64,000 bases of DNA from Octopus vulgaris. Its lineage: Eukaryota. Positions 59,201 to 64,000 of this stretch are shown here, one piece after another; within the stretch, counting starts at the first letter, position 1; each line of letters begins with the position of its first letter. The translations under genes were made by a program, and so were the position numbers. The notes below the pieces were generated by a model that did no database searches, was not told the origin of the DNA, and saw only the letters and a list, made by a program, of their open reading frames with translations. The stretch spans positions 25,048,001-25,112,000 of the forward strand of contig OX597818.1 of the NCBI GenBank assembly GCA_951406725.2. The letters are read 5' to 3'.

Positions 59201-60784
59201 TCTGATAACAGTTCTGATTTTAGAGCTACCAGTTAATTTTATCACAATCATAAATTTAAATTACTCTTCTAATAAATAATTTTTTTCACCTTTCAATTCA
59301 TATTCAAATTTAGCTTAAAACTAAGAGAAATTGTTTTAAAGTAGTCCTATGTTTCAATAGAAATTTATATATTGGCAAGTTATAAATTTAGAGAAACATT
59401 TATCCTTCAAAGATAAATTTATTTCAGATTAAAAAAACAAAAACAAAAATGACTGGGCAAATGTTGATAGATTGGTGGTGTGTAGACTATCTCTTAATTA
59501 CTTTGTGATATAAGGAAGAGACACTATTTTAATAGTAGTCCATAGTTCAAGAACAAATATACCTACGAACATACCAAACTTGAAGACACAAATGTTCTTA
59601 ACTTCCAAACAAAAATATTTTACTAACATCAAGTGAAAATGAGATAATTACATACAAACTATATCATAATAATATACAGTTAATAATGCAAAATATTCTA
59701 CAAGCCATCCTGCAGAACAAGATATTATCTATCAAATGTTTATTGAAAACAAGTGAAAGTTAATAATGAAACATGAGCTTAATAGGCAAAAACCCAATTG
59801 AAATGTTTGCAACCAGATAAGGCCTTTTTGTACAGGGGAAATTACAATTCATATTCTCTAGCTAACTAAAATGGAATAAAATAATCTGATCTACAAATTA
59901 AGAATTCCACAAATGCTTTTTGCTTAAACATTTTAAAATAAATTTCAGGGTATAGTTGGTCTTTGTTTTCCTATTCCTTTTAATTGTTGATTTCCCCACT
60001 TCCCTTCCTGACTTAAACACCATCTTCTCTCTGTGTGGATTCAAGCAAATGCATTTTCTATTTTCCCTCTCCAATTCTAACTTCTTCCCTCTTCATTCTC
60101 CAAGCTGACCCTGCTCTCTCTCTCTCTTTCTCTCACACACGCACAAACACAAATTGATACTTTCTTGGCCTCATGTTCACTCTCCGCATAGTTCCTTCAC
60201 TTTAATTCATTTTTTTATTTATTTGTTTCACTTTCTCTTTCTCATTCAGACACCAGGCAAGGCCTCCTTCACTACTCATGACAACTGCACTCATCCATGA
60301 ATTCTCCTATAAAATGGAGTGTGATATGTAACTGTCAGAGGGAAGGAAATTTAGGGAAACAAAGAGACCTCCAAACAACTAATTTTGAAGGAACTATTTG
60401 CTTCCAACAAAAAAAAAAAAAAAGAGTAAAAGCTCTAGAACATATGAAATGGTCATATAATGCACCAATTTTTAAAATTGAGATTAGGTATCATTTTCTT
60501 TTCATTTGAATTTTTAAAAAATAAATTTATTATCAATCAAGATTGGTGCTAAATTCCAGACCAGGTAAACACTCTGTATGTGCACTACAGATCCTGAAAG
60601 TAGTTACCAATATACCAACATAACACTAAGGTTAAAAAAAAGAAAACGACCATTATATTTTATTAGGAAATACATATCAAAGTAAAGTAAAGTGATTGAC
60701 TCAAATTCAAAATGGAGATAACTAAAGTGCAGTGAAAGAAAGTAAAGAGTGAGAGGTGAGCAAAAGCAAATTTGACTTTCTTTA

Positions 60785-60884
60785 NNNNNNNNNNNNNNNN
60801 NNNNNNNNNNNNNNNNNNNNNNNNNNNNNNNNNNNNNNNNNNNNNNNNNNNNNNNNNNNNNNNNNNNNNNNNNNNNNNNNNNNN
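60785..60884. other. Assembly gap (100 N)
   Basis: Run of N. Confidence 1.
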
Positions 60885-61491
60885 AAGAAGAAAATTTGTC
60901 AGAATTTATCTTTATAACTGAACTCCATATGGCAACTATGCTCATCTGTCTATCTATGCATGCATAGAGTCATGCAATAAATACACACACACATTTATGT
61001 ATACACTCACGCATGTTCATATAAATAGAAGAACTCATATGTAGATGCATCTACATGTGTACAACAAAACGATTGGAACACAAACAGGATGCTATACAGA
61101 TAAGGGAAGGCTAAAAAAAGAAGGGTGAAGTTAGGGTATTTTAAAAAGAATAAAGAGGTATCAACATAATCCCAAAAGTTTATCTTGGGTTGGAGGATTA
61201 AGTAATGGTTCATTGGAAGATAGTAGTGGTGAGGGAAAGACAAAAAAAAAAATAATAAAGATCACAGCTTGTATATTTGGAACAGTTCTCAGCACATCCA
61301 TATTAGCAACCTCATGTCTGCAGATAATTCTTCTCATTCTTGGTCTTTTGCAATGTTTCTTATTCACTTATGACATTATTGTCTCTCATTGGTTTGTTTT
61401 GAAGTTGATTTTTATATTTTTATATATTTTTTTTTACCTTTTTGTTTCCTGGAATGTGTTGAGAGGAAAGCAAGTATTATTTTGAGTCCAC

Positions 61492-61566
61492 TCACATTAT
61501 AGAACATTGGTCACCAGAATGAGACAACTTTGGAAAGCCGTTTGCATCAAATTCCAACCCAGGTGC
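61492..61566 (-). CDS. PEX19: PEX19 last coding exon (APGLEFDANGFPKLSHSGDQCSIM*), CaaX farnesylation motif
   Basis: Acceptor tactttcAG, in frame with the previous exon. Ends QCSIM-TGA, like the PEX19 QCLIM CaaX terminus. Upstream exons were not found in the window and probably lie beyond 64000. Confidence 0.92.
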   Translation of the reverse strand, partial: APGLEFDANGFPKLSHSGDQCSIM

Positions 61567-61741
61567 CTGAAAGTACAGGAAAACACTTTGGTTTGAAGGA
61601 AAATAATAAGAGCAGTGAGGACAACAAATTTTAAATGCATGAGACTGTTATAAATGAAAAGAAAAAAACAACAACAAAAATGTTATAAATTCATTCTAAA
61701 TAAATTAATCTTAATGAAAACAATATAAGTAATAGGCTTAC

Positions 61742-61786
61742 CATCTCTCCAAGTATTTCTTTAGGAGGTTGTCCTAATTCTTGCAT
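61742..61786 (-). CDS. PEX19: PEX19 penultimate coding exon (45 bp, MQELGQPPKEILGEM)
   Basis: Acceptor ttttccAG and donor GTaagc, phase 0 on both sides. Matches the conserved LQxLGxPPKEL.GEM motif. Confidence 0.93.
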
Positions 61787-62322
61787 CTGGAAAATTAGAG
61801 AAACATTATTTAATGTTTCTTATTAAAATTAGTGTTGTCTTTTCTGAAAAAAATTGATTTTTTCTAACTTGAGCTTCCTAAAATATTTCATTTATGCTTA
61901 GCCAAGATTAAGCTAAGATGAACCACCAAGCAGGGATTTCATTTGATTTTTTTTCTCTTTCATGTCAACAAGTAGCCCAGATGTATGCTTAAAAGACTTA
62001 AGAAAAAGTTTTCTTCAACATGTAGTAAAGAAATGCAGCAAAAAGATTAGCCACAACTAAACAGCTCAAAGAAAAAAGACCCACATAAAACATTAAACAT
62101 GATCTGAAATGACTTTAAAATGTTAACAAATGAAATGTTTTGTTAACTTTCCCACTTCCTGTTTTGTATGTGTGTGTGTGTGTGTGTGTGTATGCATGCA
62201 TGTGTGTGCTTGTATGTATATGTGCTTATGGATGGTGGTGATAAAAGTGGGAGAGAGACAGAGACAGAGGGAGGGGTAGATAGACAAATAGAGTGCATAT
62301 GTGTAAAGAAAGATGTTCTTAC

Positions 62323-62499
62323 TTCTTGCATGAACTCTAGGATCTTATTAAATCTGTCATTTTTAACATCATCACTATCTGTGGTTGTTTCTTTCTCAAA
62401 CTCATTACAAATTGTCTTCATCAAAGTATACTGATGTTTATAGTTCTCAATCAACTTCTTGTCTGTCTTTCCAGAATTTTCCTCTAGCCATTTAGGATA
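62323..62499 (-). CDS. PEX19: PEX19 internal coding exon (177 bp, YPKWLEENSG...KILEFMQE)
   Basis: Acceptor tttctttacAG and donor GTaaga. The 59 codons match the PEX19 C-terminal domain (YPxWL...QxxxMxxICxxFExET.TDS....RF...L..MQ). Confidence 0.93.
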
Positions 62500-62621
62500 C
62501 TGTAAAGAAAAGTATTATTTCAATAGAACACTGGAAATATGTCTGATATTCAGAACTCAAAACTGATACACATTAATATGAATTTGCATAGATAGATTTG
62601 AACTGTTTCTTTTATAATCAA

Positions 62622-63400
62622 ACTAACAGAGATACCTGGCATTGCTCGGGATTAATAATGGTATAGTTTATATATATATATATATAACGTTAGCATGGAA
62701 AACGGACGTTAAATGATGATGATATATATATATTACAGTTATGTTTAAACAGGTGATACAGGCAAGTGTAGCATTGATGGCAAAACATTTGTGGAGTAAA
62801 TTTTAAAGCTTTGCATAAATGACAATTTGAGTTTAGCATACCAATTTGGAGAGAATTATCATTTTTATAAGAATGGGATGGATCATATCTGGAAGCAGCT
62901 CCAGGTGTTGTAAAGAACGAATTTGTATGTGGTCTGTTTCTGAGAGCTATTATCTTGGAACTCTGTGTAATCTGGCATGCTAAATTTTTTTTAATGATTC
63001 AGTATTAAGTGCTGCAGCATGCCATTGCTGATCTTGAGAAAGTCTCATCACCCTTCTATCTTGAGATTCCATCAGATGTGCTACAGCATTCCTTTGCTGA
63101 TGTTCAGAAAGTCTCTTCTTCTTTCTCTCTTGAGATTGTATTTGACATGCTGCAGCATATGTTCGGTGATCTTTGGAAAGTGTCATGTCCCTTCTGTACT
63201 GAGACTCAATCTGACGTGCTCCAGCATGCCTTTGCTGATCTTGAGACAGTTTCATGTCCCTTATCTCTTGAGACTCTCACCTTTGGTTTTCTGCACTCCT
63301 CCTTGCTTTATAGGTGTTTCTGGAGAGATACGTTTTTTTCTTTGGTGGCATAATTTTTCAATATTCTAAACCAAAAATTATGAACATAGAAGAAAATTAA
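62622..63400 (-). mobile_element. Helitron-like relic in a PEX19 intron
   Basis: Four or more 69-bp (23-aa) repeats ES.....RLSQDQQRHA.A and a downstream IGMLNSNCHLCKALKF zinc-finger remnant. The end segment actaacagagatacctggcattgctcggg is Helitron-like. A small RTE tail is inserted at ~62690-62722. Confidence 0.7.
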
Positions 63401-64000
63401 TCTCTATTTTTGTAAGCAGTTGCATGTATGTAGTATGTCTGTATTTTTGTATGCAGTGTAACTTAACTAAATATAAGCATATTGTAACTACCTAAATATA
63501 CGCATATTGTAACTACCTTGCAACTGCTGCAATAATTATAAACTGTTAATTGAATGACAGATGTGTATTTTGATATACTTTGGACTTGCCACCTAATTGT
63601 TTTTTGTCAAGAGTTTCACCTCCAGCCATTCTCGTCACATATGTATATGTACGTGTAGATGTATGTGTGTGTTTAATAACATATGTAACAAAAGCACAAA
63701 CACACACACTCAGACGTTCATATACAAAATTTAACTTCCATATACAACTCAACATTAGGACTTATCATAATGGCTTCTTCTATGAGACACTTGTGAAGAT
63801 TGTAGCAATATCACATCTCTTGTGGCACATTTTTATAGGTTTATTGTCGAACACCACATTCTCATAATATAACCACAAAAATATATACAATATCTTTTGC
63901 TTCTTTATTGTACAAAACCTAGGCATCACATACATGCATATATAATGTTCTTCCTTTGCTAGAATAGCATATTCTTTACAGAAAAATCAGTTACAGTCTT

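Noticed and set aside
62143-62454. 103-aa ORF as a standalone gene
   Set aside because: It is the PEX19 exon read through the GT donor at 62322 into intronic microsatellite.
63000-63290. Regularly spaced repeats as a possible CRISPR array
   Set aside because: A contiguous 69-bp coding tandem repeat without unique spacers, in a eukaryotic context.

Overview
AT-rich, repeat-dominated animal genomic DNA. The repeat content, (TA/CA)n expansions and SINE style suggest a cephalopod (Octopus-like), which is an inference. There are two 100-N scaffold gaps. The only confidently recognisable host gene is the 3' end of PEX19 (three minus-strand coding exons, 61492-62499, ending in the CaaX box CSIM). 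The rest is decayed mobile DNA: CR1-like and RTE LINE fragments, two degenerate Penelope-like elements (PLE; RT plus GIY-YIG), tRNA-derived SINEs, a mariner 3' end, a TIR DNA-transposon relic, a Helitron relic with 23-aa repeats, and about 6 kb of dinucleotide microsatellite that generates all the giant low-complexity ORFs. The main non-obvious signal is a cluster of seven minimal type I hammerhead ribozyme (HHR) motifs from several repeat families between 22.5 and 46.4 kb. They include an intact one (24638-24713), a ~468-bp HHR unit with a terminal direct repeat (retrozyme/pLTR-like, 32379-32905), and U3-A8 compensatory core variants. In three places an HHR element is followed, across a (TA)n tract, by a long fold-back hairpin.
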